A stretch of DNA of 32,000 bases from Mycobacterium leprae TN (GTDB taxonomy: Bacteria > Actinomycetota > Actinomycetes > Mycobacteriales > Mycobacteriaceae). The notes below the pieces were generated by a model. The model made no database searches. It had not been told where the DNA came from and was given only the letters and a program-made list of their open reading frames with translations. The translations under genes were made by a program, and so were the position numbers. The first letter of the stretch is position 1, and the number at the start of each line of letters is the position of its first letter. Positions 20,712 to 28,472 of this stretch are shown piece by piece. The DNA is taken from assembly GCF_000195855.1 (NCBI RefSeq), contig NC_002677.1, forward strand, positions 2,280,001 to 2,312,000, read 5' to 3'.

Positions 20712-21241
20712 TTGGGTGGTGGTGTTGTGGTGGGGTGTGGGTGGTTGATCTGCGCTAGAAGGTTGCCGTATGTGCCGCCGACGGCCGGATCATCGATGCA
20801 CTGTTCACTAACACGATACTGCTGCACCCGGCGGCATGCCTGCTTGCTGGCTGAGGGCCGGTCAACAAGCCGCCGACACCGATACCAGCGGCAGAAATGG
20901 TGCAAGGGATAACATCAGGTGCGAATAGTTATACCGTGCACGGGGACGTGCCTGTTCAGGTGCGGCCACATTGACCACGCCGACACCTCAAGGCCATGAC
21001 ATGCACACTAAAACGCCCCTACCCCGCGGCGCTAACAACTATCCTCACACCCACGCCTGCATCGATATCGCCTTCAGCACAGCCCAGGTGCCCAGCCCCT
21101 GGCATCATCAACATGTAGACCAAGCAGCACCCACCACCGACATGCTTACGTGCGCCGCGCTAATCGTGTCCACTGCGGCAAAGCACACGAAGCCTCATCA
21201 AAAGCAGGCAGTCAGCCACCCACCAACAAAAACCCCGCAAC
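20712..21241 (+). repeat. RLEP dispersed repeat, copy A (M. leprae-specific repetitive element core)
   Basis: This 530 bp aligns to the reverse complement of 29097-29634 with 3 substitutions (at A positions 21051, 21130 and 21200) and one 8-nt indel (manual alignment). It contains CACCGATACCAGCGGCAGAA (20876-20895) and the complement of TGCATGTCATGGCCTTGAGG (20985-21004), which I recall as the RLEP primers LP2/LP1. Similarity ends abruptly at both edges. Confidence 0.9.
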
Positions 21242-21429
21242 CCTTGACCACTATAAAACCTGGTTCGATGAGTTCAGTAGGTAACTGTCCCGGGCCGGGA
21301 TTGAGGACTTCGTCGCATTTCGGGATGTGATTTTGGTTTGGTACATCGGCTAGTTCATCGACTACGACATGTTAATATTCGGCAGCGTCGGGACGGCAGA
21401 ATGAAAAGCTGTATAGGCGGCAACGACGC

Positions 21430-21815
21430 GGCGCGGGAACTGATTGTGTGCGACTACCACGCCAGCCTCGAGCCACAATCCAAAACAATTGACGCCACTC
21501 TAGACCTGTTATTCTCTTTCGGAGACCGAACTACTCGAACTCACCGCGCTGGTGAAAGTCTTAGGAATCCGACGACAGCAGAGGCACAGGACTCAGCGCT
21601 GAGTCCGTGTGTCTACCACGTGGTGGCCACTTACTCTCAAGTCTGCAGTTCGCCCACGTCGATCTCCTGACCCTGGCGTTTGGAACGCTGCAGGACCTAC
21701 TGACAGCCAGCTCTAAGACCTGCAATCGGTGAACGGCATAGGCGCGATGCGGGCCCGTTACATCCGAGAAGGGCTCTACACAACACAGCTGGCAGCAGAG
21801 GTAGACAATCGCGAA
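21430..21815 (+). pseudogene. disA: disA (DNA integrity scanning protein / diadenylate cyclase) relic; 3-prime part only, frameshifted
   Basis: Frames give ARELIVCDYHAS, TELLELTALVKVLGI, QFAHVDLLTLAFGTLQDLLTASS and, after a shift, DLQSVNGIGAMRARYIREGL. The last is a helix-hairpin-helix L..V.GIG...A..I.EGL, as in the DisA C-terminal domain. It is convergent with the Rv3587c-like gene, as I recall for Rv3586. A full-length gene would have to start inside RLEP copy A. Recognition is moderate. Confidence 0.45.
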
Positions 21816-21834
21816 CCCACTCGACTGAGCGTGG

Positions 21835-22650
21835 TTATCCGCCGGAAACGGGGACATTGGCCGGCGGAGCTTCAGGCGACGGCGCGAGCGCTGGCCCGCT
21901 AGATCCCGGCGGCGGTGGCGGCTGGTTGAGGATGAACGGGACCGGCATAGAATGCAGGTTACCCAGCTGTACGACGAGGTTGTAAGTACCCGGACCGATC
22001 GCTGGACGAGGTAGCGGACAGTGCGGCGACGACCCCATCCCGGTCCAGGTCACCGCAGTTGTTACCTGTTCGCCCGGCGTGAAGGTTTTAACCAGGGTTT
22101 CGTTGGACGGCGCGCAGTCCAGGTTGGACCATAGCCGCTTGTTGTCTAGTGAATAAACGTAGGCGGCCAGCACTGCGGCGCCAACGTCACGTTTACAGGA
22201 CACCAGCCCGATGTTAGTGACGACCATGGTGAATTTCGGCTGGTCGCCAAGGAAGTATTGGGGCACGTTGGTCAGACCTTTGACGGCCAGTGTCGAATCG
22301 GGGCAGTCATCGCCTTCTCTCAGCACCGGCGGCGGTTGCACCGCGGCGGTGGACGTGGAAGACTCCGGGTTGCGACCTTGCGGCGGTGCGGGTGCGAGGT
22401 TACCTTCGTGACCATTCGGGGGAAGCACCTTAGGCGTTGCCGAACCCGGGTGGTTCTGTGAGGATCCCGGTTTGTCAACATTGGCAGGTTGAGCAGCGGC
22501 ACCGTTGCCCACGACAGCAACGATCGCTGCGATCACGATCACGATCACTGTAATTCCCACAGCAAGTCCCCTGCGTCGCCAGTAGATCTCGGTAGGTAGT
22601 GGGCCACGCGGTTCCAGATCCAGCACAGTCCCACGGTAGGGCCAGGTCAC
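21835..22650 (-). CDS. Membrane-anchored proline-rich protein (Rv3587c-like)
   Basis: 271-aa ORF with GTG start. The N-terminal cytosolic stretch (WRRRG) leads to one TM helix (LAVGITVIVIVIAAIVAVV), a Pro/Ser-rich linker, and a Cys-containing globular C-terminal domain (DCPDSTLAVKG...VSCKRDVG...LDCAPSNE...SSPHCPLP). The tail is proline-rich. It is adjacent to canB. Confidence 0.75.
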   Translation of the reverse strand: MTWPYRGTVLDLEPRGPLPTEIYWRRRGLAVGITVIVIVIAAIVAVVGNGAAAQPANVDKPGSSQNHPGSATPKVLPPNGHEGNLAPAPPQGRNPESSTSTAAVQPPPVLREGDDCPDSTLAVKGLTNVPQYFLGDQPKFTMVVTNIGLVSCKRDVGAAVLAAYVYSLDNKRLWSNLDCAPSNETLVKTFTPGEQVTTAVTWTGMGSSPHCPLPRPAIGPGTYNLVVQLGNLHSMPVPFILNQPPPPPGSSGPALAPSPEAPPANVPVSGG

Positions 22651-22764
22651 GTCGACGTGGTCGACCTGGCTCGGCGTGTCGCGCGGTTAGCCGCCAACTG
22701 TCTGTTTAGTGACGACCGCAAACTCAGCACAGGCGAGTGCAACGGTTCACCACTAATACGAACC

Positions 22765-23406
22765 CTAGGAGCAGTGTGAAAGTTGAACTTCCTCACCGAG
22801 GTTGCCGATGTGAGTGCGCAACACCGCCCGTCCGTCAGCGAGGTGATAGGTCACGCCGACGATCGCCAAGGTGCCCGCAGCTACCCGCTGCGCGATGGCC
22901 GTGGAACGGGCCATGGCCTGCGCCACCGTCTCATGAACGTGCCGTTCTTCAAACTCGTCGACACGAGTCAAACCGTCGCGGCGGCCCAGCAGGACCGACG
23001 GCGCTACCCGTTCCACCACATCCCGGACATAACCACTTGGCAAATTGCCCTCGTTGATGGCTGCCAAAGCAGCCGTTACGGCGCCGCAGCTGTCATGCCC
23101 AAGGACCACGACAAGTGGCACGTCGAGCACTGTTACCGCGTATTCGATGGAGCCGAGCACCGCCGAGTCGATGACATGACCGACGGTGCGCACCACGAAC
23201 ATGTCGCCCAGGCCCTGGTCAAAGACGAGCTCGGCGGCAACTCGACTGTCCGCGCAGCCGAATATCACCGCGAGGGGTTTCTGAGTATCGGCCAGGCTGG
23301 CCCGATGCTCGACGCTCTGGCTGGGATGTGCCGGTTGGCCGGCGACAAATCGCTCGTTACCCTCTTTGAGTGCTTTCCAAGCTGCTATGGGGTTGGTGTT
23401 AAACAT
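22765..23406 (-). CDS. canB: Beta-class carbonic anhydrase
   Basis: MFNTNPIAAWKALKEGNERFVAG...VIFGCADSRVAAELVFDQGLGDMFVVRTVGHVIDSAVLGSIEYAVTVLDVPLVVVLGHDSCGAV carries the beta-CA zinc ligand motifs CxDxR (CADSR) and HxxC (HDSCG). The start is ATG 23406, or ATG 23415 three codons upstream. Confidence 0.92.
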   Translation of the reverse strand: MFNTNPIAAWKALKEGNERFVAGQPAHPSQSVEHRASLADTQKPLAVIFGCADSRVAAELVFDQGLGDMFVVRTVGHVIDSAVLGSIEYAVTVLDVPLVVVLGHDSCGAVTAALAAINEGNLPSGYVRDVVERVAPSVLLGRRDGLTRVDEFEERHVHETVAQAMARSTAIAQRVAAGTLAIVGVTYHLADGRAVLRTHIGNLGEEVQLSHCS

Positions 23407-24298
23407 GGCACACATTGTGCCTCAGATAAAAATTTCGACCGGCGGGTTGCTCGACTGGTACCGACAATCGTGCCGTGATTTGCCCTGGCGACAGCCCGGC
23501 GTCACCGCATGGCAGATCCTGGTCAGCGAGTTCATGTTGCAGCAGACACCAGTGGCCCGGGTGTTGTCGATCTGGCCGGATTGGGTGCAGCGCTGGCCCA
23601 CACCGTCGACTACCGCCGCAGCTAGCGCAGCAGACGTACTACGTGCCTGGGGCAAGCTGGGCTACCCGAGGCGGGCAAAGCGCTTACACGAGTCCGCTAC
23701 CATCATCGCACGTGAACACGATGATGTGGTTCCTGATGACGTCGATGTCTTGCTGACCATGCCAGGCATCGGCAGCTACACTGCACGAGCCGTCGCGTGC
23801 TTCGCTTACCATCAGCCGGTTCCAGTGGTGGACACCAATGTACGTCGCGTGGTGGCCCGTGCCGTGCATGGCCGAGCGGACGCCGGCCCGCCATCTGCAA
23901 CGCGCGACCATGCCGACGTCTCGTCACTGCTGCCGGGCAAGAAAGCTGCGCCGCAATTTTCTATGGCGCTGATGGAGTTAGGCGCGATCGTGTGCACGGC
24001 CCGGTCGCCGCGATGCGGGTTGTGCCCACTCAACGAATGCGCATGGCGGCATGCCGGCTATCCGCCCGCACAAGGGCCAGCGCGGCGCGCGCAACAATAC
24101 GCAGGAACTGACCGCCAGGTTCGCGGTCTGTTGCTGGATGTGTTGCGCGCCAAGGATTCTCCAGTTACCGGCACAGAGCTTAACGTGACCTGGTTAACCA
24201 ACTCCATCCAACTTGACCGGGCGCTCGATTCGTTGCTTGCCGACGGCCTGGTGACCCGAACAACTGATGGCCGGTTCGCTTTGACTGGCGAGGGGTGA
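23405..24298 (+). CDS. mutY: A/G-specific adenine DNA glycosylase MutY
   Basis: MAHIVPQIKISTGGLLDWYRQSCRDLPWRQPGVTAWQILVSEFMLQQTPVARV... It has the HhH-GPD motif (LLTMPGIGSYTARAVACFAY) and a 4Fe-4S cluster loop, CTARSPRCGLCPLNEC (C-x6-C-x2-C-x4-C). I chose ATG 23405, since the track start at 23366 would run 40 nt into canB. Confidence 0.92.
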   Translation: MAHIVPQIKISTGGLLDWYRQSCRDLPWRQPGVTAWQILVSEFMLQQTPVARVLSIWPDWVQRWPTPSTTAAASAADVLRAWGKLGYPRRAKRLHESATIIAREHDDVVPDDVDVLLTMPGIGSYTARAVACFAYHQPVPVVDTNVRRVVARAVHGRADAGPPSATRDHADVSSLLPGKKAAPQFSMALMELGAIVCTARSPRCGLCPLNECAWRHAGYPPAQGPARRAQQYAGTDRQVRGLLLDVLRAKDSPVTGTELNVTWLTNSIQLDRALDSLLADGLVTRTTDGRFALTGEG

Positions 24299-24306
24299 AT
24301 ACTTTA

Positions 24307-25077
24307 TCAATCACGCCCAGCGCAGCCCGCTAAGAAAGACACGACAGCCTGCCGATATACCTGCGTCGCTTCATCGTGAATCAGATGACCGGCTTCGGGG
24401 ACATACAAGTAGGTTGTTCGACAAGCTGTTTTGGTCATGGCGAGCATCTGGCCGTGCGGCGTTACTGAGGTACCCGCCTCGATCAGCAACACTGGCGACC
24501 GCACGGCAAGCCAGTGTTCCCAGTAGTCGCGGGTACCCCATTCAGCGGCGATTTCGATCCATCGTGAGGTGTGACCGTGCAGCTGCCAACCGGTGGAGGT
24601 ACGGTCAAAGGCATCCAGAAAGTACTGACCGGCTACCGGCCCGAATTCATCGAATACCTTTTCAACAGAGTCAAATTCAACCGGAATCCCACGCAACCAA
24701 GGCTCCCAAGGACCGGTGCTGCAGCCACGAAAATCTGGCGCCATATCCTCGACCACCAGGGCCGAAACTAAATCCGGGCGCTCAGCGGCCAGACACCATG
24801 AGTGCATAGCACCCATCGAATGTCCGACCAGCCTGGCCGGCACTCCCAACGTGCTCACAGCATCTGCCAGATCGGTCACGAAACGTTCGGTACTGATCGG
24901 GTATGGATCGACAACGTTACGGCCCCGGTGCCACGGCGCGTCGTAGGTGTAAACGGTGCCCAGCTGGCTGAGCCACGGCAGCTGACGCGACCAGGTGTTG
25001 CCCCGGCCCATCAGACCGTGGACCAAGATCAGTGGTTTGCCGCGTCCGCCGCGGAGGGTCAATAGATTGGTGGACAC
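24307..25077 (-). CDS. Alpha/beta-fold hydrolase (Rv3591c-like)
   Basis: 256-aa ORF with GTG start. It has the HG oxyanion region PLILVHGLMGRG, the nucleophile elbow LVGHSMGAM (GxSxG) and a C-terminal EAGHLIHDE histidine motif. Its stop lies 8 nt from the mutY stop (convergent). Confidence 0.85.
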   Translation of the reverse strand: MSTNLLTLRGGRGKPLILVHGLMGRGNTWSRQLPWLSQLGTVYTYDAPWHRGRNVVDPYPISTERFVTDLADAVSTLGVPARLVGHSMGAMHSWCLAAERPDLVSALVVEDMAPDFRGCSTGPWEPWLRGIPVEFDSVEKVFDEFGPVAGQYFLDAFDRTSTGWQLHGHTSRWIEIAAEWGTRDYWEHWLAVRSPVLLIEAGTSVTPHGQMLAMTKTACRTTYLYVPEAGHLIHDEATQVYRQAVVSFLAGCAGRD

Positions 25078-25202
25078 ACAACAATCTTGCCGGGACTAGT
25101 CCTCGAGCAAAACAGGCTTGTCCCGGATTGCTCGCCTGCTACCGAGGGCCGCCGAGTCAGCCCGCATCGTCCACCCAGCGCAGGCCGCGGTAGCCTAGCT
25201 GA

Positions 25203-25520
25203 ATGCCAGTGGTGAAGATCAATGCAATCGAGGTATCCACCGATGTTGGCCTCGAACTGGAAAGGCGGTTCGCCCACCGCGCGCATGCGGTCGAGAACTC
25301 TCCCGGCTTTCTCGGCTTTCAGCTGCTCCGCCCAATCAAAGGCGAAAACCGCTACTTCGTGGTGACACACTGGGAGTCCGATGAAGCATTCCAGGCGTGG
25401 GCGAACGGTCCCGCTATCGAAGCCCATGCTGGTCACAGCGCCAACCCGGTGGCGGCTGGTTCGTCGCTGCTGGAATTCGAGGTTGTACTGGACGTTGCCA
25501 CAACCAGCCAGACGAACTAA
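25203..25520 (+). CDS. mhuD: Heme-degrading monooxygenase MhuD (ABM domain)
   Basis: The 105-aa ORF MPVVKINAIEVSTDVGLELERRFAHRAHAVENSPGFLGFQLLRPIKGENRYFVVTHWESDEAFQAWANGPAIEAHAGH... closely matches my recollection of the M. tuberculosis MhuD sequence (IsdG-family ABM fold). Confidence 0.92.
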   Translation: MPVVKINAIEVSTDVGLELERRFAHRAHAVENSPGFLGFQLLRPIKGENRYFVVTHWESDEAFQAWANGPAIEAHAGHSANPVAAGSSLLEFEVVLDVATTSQTN

Positions 25521-26859
25521 CCAGCGCCCCCCACGGCACCGCACAGTGGCGTTGGCCGCCACCGCCGCTCTGGTCGTTACTATGGCGCCAGGTTGCGCCC
25601 ATTCCGCTTCCCCGTATGCGAACACCGCGGATCCAGGGCTGCGGATCGACACCAGGACTCCTCCCGGTGTGCGTGCCCAGCAGATCATCGACATGCTTAA
25701 CTCGGACTGGCCTATCGGCCTGGTCGGAGTTCGCACCTTCGCGTCGCATGACATGGTGGAAATAGTTAAAACCACCTTGGAAGAGCTGTGGTGGGATCGT
25801 CCCTTCACCCTCGAAGGTGTAGACATCGGCGCTAGCGTCGCAACGCTGCACCTCATTTCCTCCTACGGCGCACAACAGGACATCCGAATTCACACCGACG
25901 GCAATAGCTGGGTTGACCGGTTCGACCTCAATACACAGCCACCGTCGATTACCTCGTGGTACGACATCGATGCCGCGTTAAGCAAAACTGGCGCCCGCTA
26001 CTCGTATCAGGTTGCCAAGGTCGATAACGGTCGATGCGATCCGGTGCAGGGCACCAATACCGCCGAATCCCTACCTTTGGCATCGATTTTCAAGTTATAT
26101 GTGCTGCACGCCCTGGCGTATGCGGTCCGCAATGGTACGGTGTCCTGGGATGATCAGCTAACCGTTACCGACAAGAGCAGAGCTGTGGGCTCTTCCGGTT
26201 TGGAATTGCCTATTGGAGAACATGTTTCGGTTCGTACTGCCGCCGAGAAAATGATCGCAACTAGCGACAACATGGCCACCGACCTGCTCATTGGGAAGAT
26301 GGGTACGCATGCCGTCGAGGAAGCGCTCGTCACAGCCGGCCATCACGATCCAGCGAGCATGACTCCGTTCCCCACAATGTACGAGTTATTCTCAGTGGGC
26401 TGGGGTCAACCAGATCTACGCAGCCAATGGAAACAGGCATCCCAGCAACTGCGCGCCCAACTGCTGCAGCAGGCGAATTCCACTCCTTACCAACCGGATC
26501 CAACCCGCGCTCACACCCCGGCTTCCAATTACGGTGCTGAATGGTACGGAAGCGCCGAAGACATCTGTCGAATCCACGCGGCGCTGCAAGCAGACGCCAT
26601 CGGCCAAGCCGCACCTGTCAGACAGATCCTATCCGCCGTCGCGGGTATCCAGCTAGATCGCAGCAAATGGCCGTATATCGGGGCGAAAGCCGGCGGCCTA
26701 CCGGGTGACCTAACCTTTAGCTGGTACGCCGTCGACAAGACACAACAATCTTGGGTAGTCAGCTTTCAGCTGAACTGGCCACGCGACCATGGACCGACCG
26801 TGACCAGCTGGATGCTCCAGCTCGCCAAACAGGTGTTCGCACTGTTTGCACCACGATAA
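25495..26859 (+). CDS. lpqF: Lipoprotein LpqF, class A beta-lactamase-like serine hydrolase fold
   Basis: The long ORF ends at TAA 26857-26859. A signal-peptide-like N-terminus (RRTNQRPPRHRTVALAATAALVVTMAPGC) has a lipobox-like APGC. The serine beta-lactamase triad of motifs is present: SIFK (SxxK), SDN (ATSDNMATD) and KAG (GAKAGGLPG). The start is uncertain: TTG 25495 (chosen), ATG 25426 or GTG 25546. The track start at 25381 overlaps mhuD by 140 nt and is unlikely. Confidence 0.85.
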   Translation: MPQPARRTNQRPPRHRTVALAATAALVVTMAPGCAHSASPYANTADPGLRIDTRTPPGVRAQQIIDMLNSDWPIGLVGVRTFASHDMVEIVKTTLEELWWDRPFTLEGVDIGASVATLHLISSYGAQQDIRIHTDGNSWVDRFDLNTQPPSITSWYDIDAALSKTGARYSYQVAKVDNGRCDPVQGTNTAESLPLASIFKLYVLHALAYAVRNGTVSWDDQLTVTDKSRAVGSSGLELPIGEHVSVRTAAEKMIATSDNMATDLLIGKMGTHAVEEALVTAGHHDPASMTPFPTMYELFSVGWGQPDLRSQWKQASQQLRAQLLQQANSTPYQPDPTRAHTPASNYGAEWYGSAEDICRIHAALQADAIGQAAPVRQILSAVAGIQLDRSKWPYIGAKAGGLPGDLTFSWYAVDKTQQSWVVSFQLNWPRDHGPTVTSWMLQLAKQVFALFAPR

Positions 26860-27411
26860 CATACGCTTTCAACCGTCCCCGTGGTAAGGCATGACGGCGC
26901 AGTTGACCGGAGCGACATCGATACACTTTAATCGTTTCAGGTGAGTGAAAGAGGCCGACAGAACCCATCCGAATCACCGCTGGGTGTGTCATCATCACCG
27001 TTGTTAATATATTCCAGGTCAACGTCTCCAAATATACCTTCTAACCGGTCAATCAGGTTGACAATCGACTCACCACCATGCGGCGCCTGAACTGGATCGG
27101 TCAGCCACACCGTTAGGTTGTCGGGCCTGATGTACTCAATGGCCTGCTCATGGCACCGGCCGTAATCAAGATCGGCCAGCCGTGGCTCCGCGCTGACGTG
27201 TAGATTTAGCACTTACGCGATTCATGATACGCTGATAAGGTCTGGCACCGCGGTAGGCCAGGTTAGCATAACATTTGATGTCCATGGCTTTACATATCGC
27301 GAACAGCTTCGGTCTGGCGGAGTTGAGCGGTTCATCGACAGGAAACCTTCCGGCGGTCACGGCATCCTTCATCGCGTGCGACACCAACGTCAGCCGGACG
27401 ACCTCGCACAC
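26860..27411 (-). pseudogene. Histidine-phosphatase (phosphoglycerate-mutase-like) family relic with at least two frameshifts
   Basis: Three reverse frames join up: VVRLTLVSHAMKDAVTAGRFPVDEPLNSARPKL...RGARPYQRIMNR, then VLNLHVSAEPRLADLDYGRCHEQAIEYIRPDNLTVWLTDPVQAPHGGESIVNLIDRLEG, then ILTTVMMTHPAVIRMGSVGLFHSPETIKVY. This follows the family pattern (R.xLVxHg...grf......pLn..G..qA ... ep.L.E.dyG.weG......... w..dp...pPgGES......R ... vl.VtH..viRa). The 3-prime end abuts the lpqF stop. Confidence 0.45.
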
Positions 27412-27603
27412 CCCGCAATAATCGATACCTGTCCGTTCACGAACCGCGACTGTCGGCGAGCGCCCGGTGAGTGTCGCGACGACTAAGCCAGTAGTCACCC
27501 ACAACACCAGTTGCGTAACTAATGCAAGCTAATCTGACCTCATAGAGAAACCTCGGAAAGAAAACCAGGATAGACAATCGCACCCGAGGCGTTTCTCATC
27601 GGT

Positions 27604-28180
27604 TCAGGTATCTCGTAAAGAGTTGGGCAATAGCACAAACACCCCGGCGATCATCGATATATGCGCTCCTACCACAAACAGCCTGGCGTTCCATGACCCA
27701 ACTCTTCCGGTGAACCGCCGGGGCCAGCCATACCTCGGCGACAGCAAGCCCCACCAAGATCAGTGCCGCAACCAGATACCATCCAGTTCACGTACCGAGA
27801 TTGTGTCCGCTTGACCTAAAGTCGTAGAAGTAGCCGAATATTTCATGAACGGTACAGGTATACTACGACGAAAATCACGTCGCTAACAGCATAGAAAATA
27901 GCTAGCTTCCAGGGTTTTACGCGCAATTTTTGGTACAGAGATACACCCCGCATATCAGGCAGAACAGCACAGCCAAAGTGCACCCATCGCGACACCGAAA
28001 ACCAACATACCGAAACCAATCCTGTATTCTCCTGCACAATAGCGAGTAAACAACTCAACGCCATGCTCATACACACCTGGGCCCGCTCAGCGAACTCGAC
28101 CCCGGTCGTGTTAATAGAAATGCCAATAAGGCGTCGACCGCATACACCAGCAAACCGCAGGCGATAAGACACTTCTCCAC
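27604..28180 (-). pseudogene. cbtA: cbtA (putative cobalt transporter subunit CbtA) relic, frameshifted
   Basis: It starts at GTG 28180, just after the cbtB stop: VEKCLIACGLLVYAVDALLAFLLTRPG (compare the CbtA N-terminus MEKRxIxRGLLAGxxAGLLAFxFARxFxEP). It then loses frame. Distal pieces are VQENTGLV and IWLRH*SWWGLLSPRYGWPRRF...VVGAHISMIAGVFVLLPN. The 190-aa ORF 27843..28415 in the track is an out-of-frame read through this relic. Confidence 0.4.
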
Positions 28181-28192
28181 GCTGCCGCCAGG

Positions 28193-28380
28193 TCAGTGGC
28201 AGAGGAATCCGAACAGATGCCTTGCGTTGTGCACAAGCTCGTGCACATGTGAGTCGCTTCCAAACAGCGACACCACACCTTAATCCAGACCAACGAAATA
28301 CAGCGCGAATAACGCTAGGAAGGCGACGCCGCCAACCAGAGCACCGCATTCGCTGTCGACAAATCAACCGATCCGGACAT
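28193..28380 (-). pseudogene. cbtB: cbtB (putative cobalt transporter subunit CbtB) relic: one frameshift and one nonsense codon
   Basis: The reverse strand reads MSGSVDLSTANAVLW, then after a frameshift GALVGGVAFLALFALYFVGLD*GVVSLFGSDSHVHELVHNARHLFGFLCH*. The TM helix plus VGxDQG ... HExVHDxRHxxGFPCH-COOH is the CbtB signature as I recall it. The TAA at 28280-28282 sits where the conserved Gln of the DQG motif is expected. Confidence 0.55.
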
Positions 28381-28472
28381 GCGTGCCAGTTGTCGGAAAA
28401 TTGGCCACAGTTCACTTCTTCTCAGGATCTCGCATCACGCCTGGGTGTTCATGACGGGCATAGGGTTTGACT

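Noticed and set aside
20681-21330. ORFs inside RLEP (119/112 aa MTTPTPQGHDMHTKTPLPRG... and 74/79 aa MHHFCRWYRCRR...), considered as a possible transposase or element-encoded protein
   Set aside because: In both copies the ORFs run out of the conserved core into unrelated flanking DNA, so they end differently (119 versus 112 aa, 74 versus 79 aa). They are His/Thr/Pro/Cys-rich with no catalytic motif. One of the three substitutions between copies is non-synonymous in the long ORF, which gives no sign of constraint. I recall RLEP being described as lacking mobility genes.
22783-23478. 231-aa plus-strand ORF covering canB
   Set aside because: It is antisense to a carbonic anhydrase with intact zinc-ligand motifs and shows no recognisable domain.
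25059-25893. 265-aa and 159-aa minus-strand ORFs opposite mhuD and lpqF
   Set aside because: They are antisense to two well-supported genes, their composition is implausible, and they overlap each other.
27843-28415. 190-aa minus-strand ORF as an intact gene
   Set aside because: Its composition is Cys/Arg/Trp-rich. The same DNA read in other frames gives the CbtB signature and a CbtA N-terminus, so this ORF is an out-of-frame read through pseudogenes.
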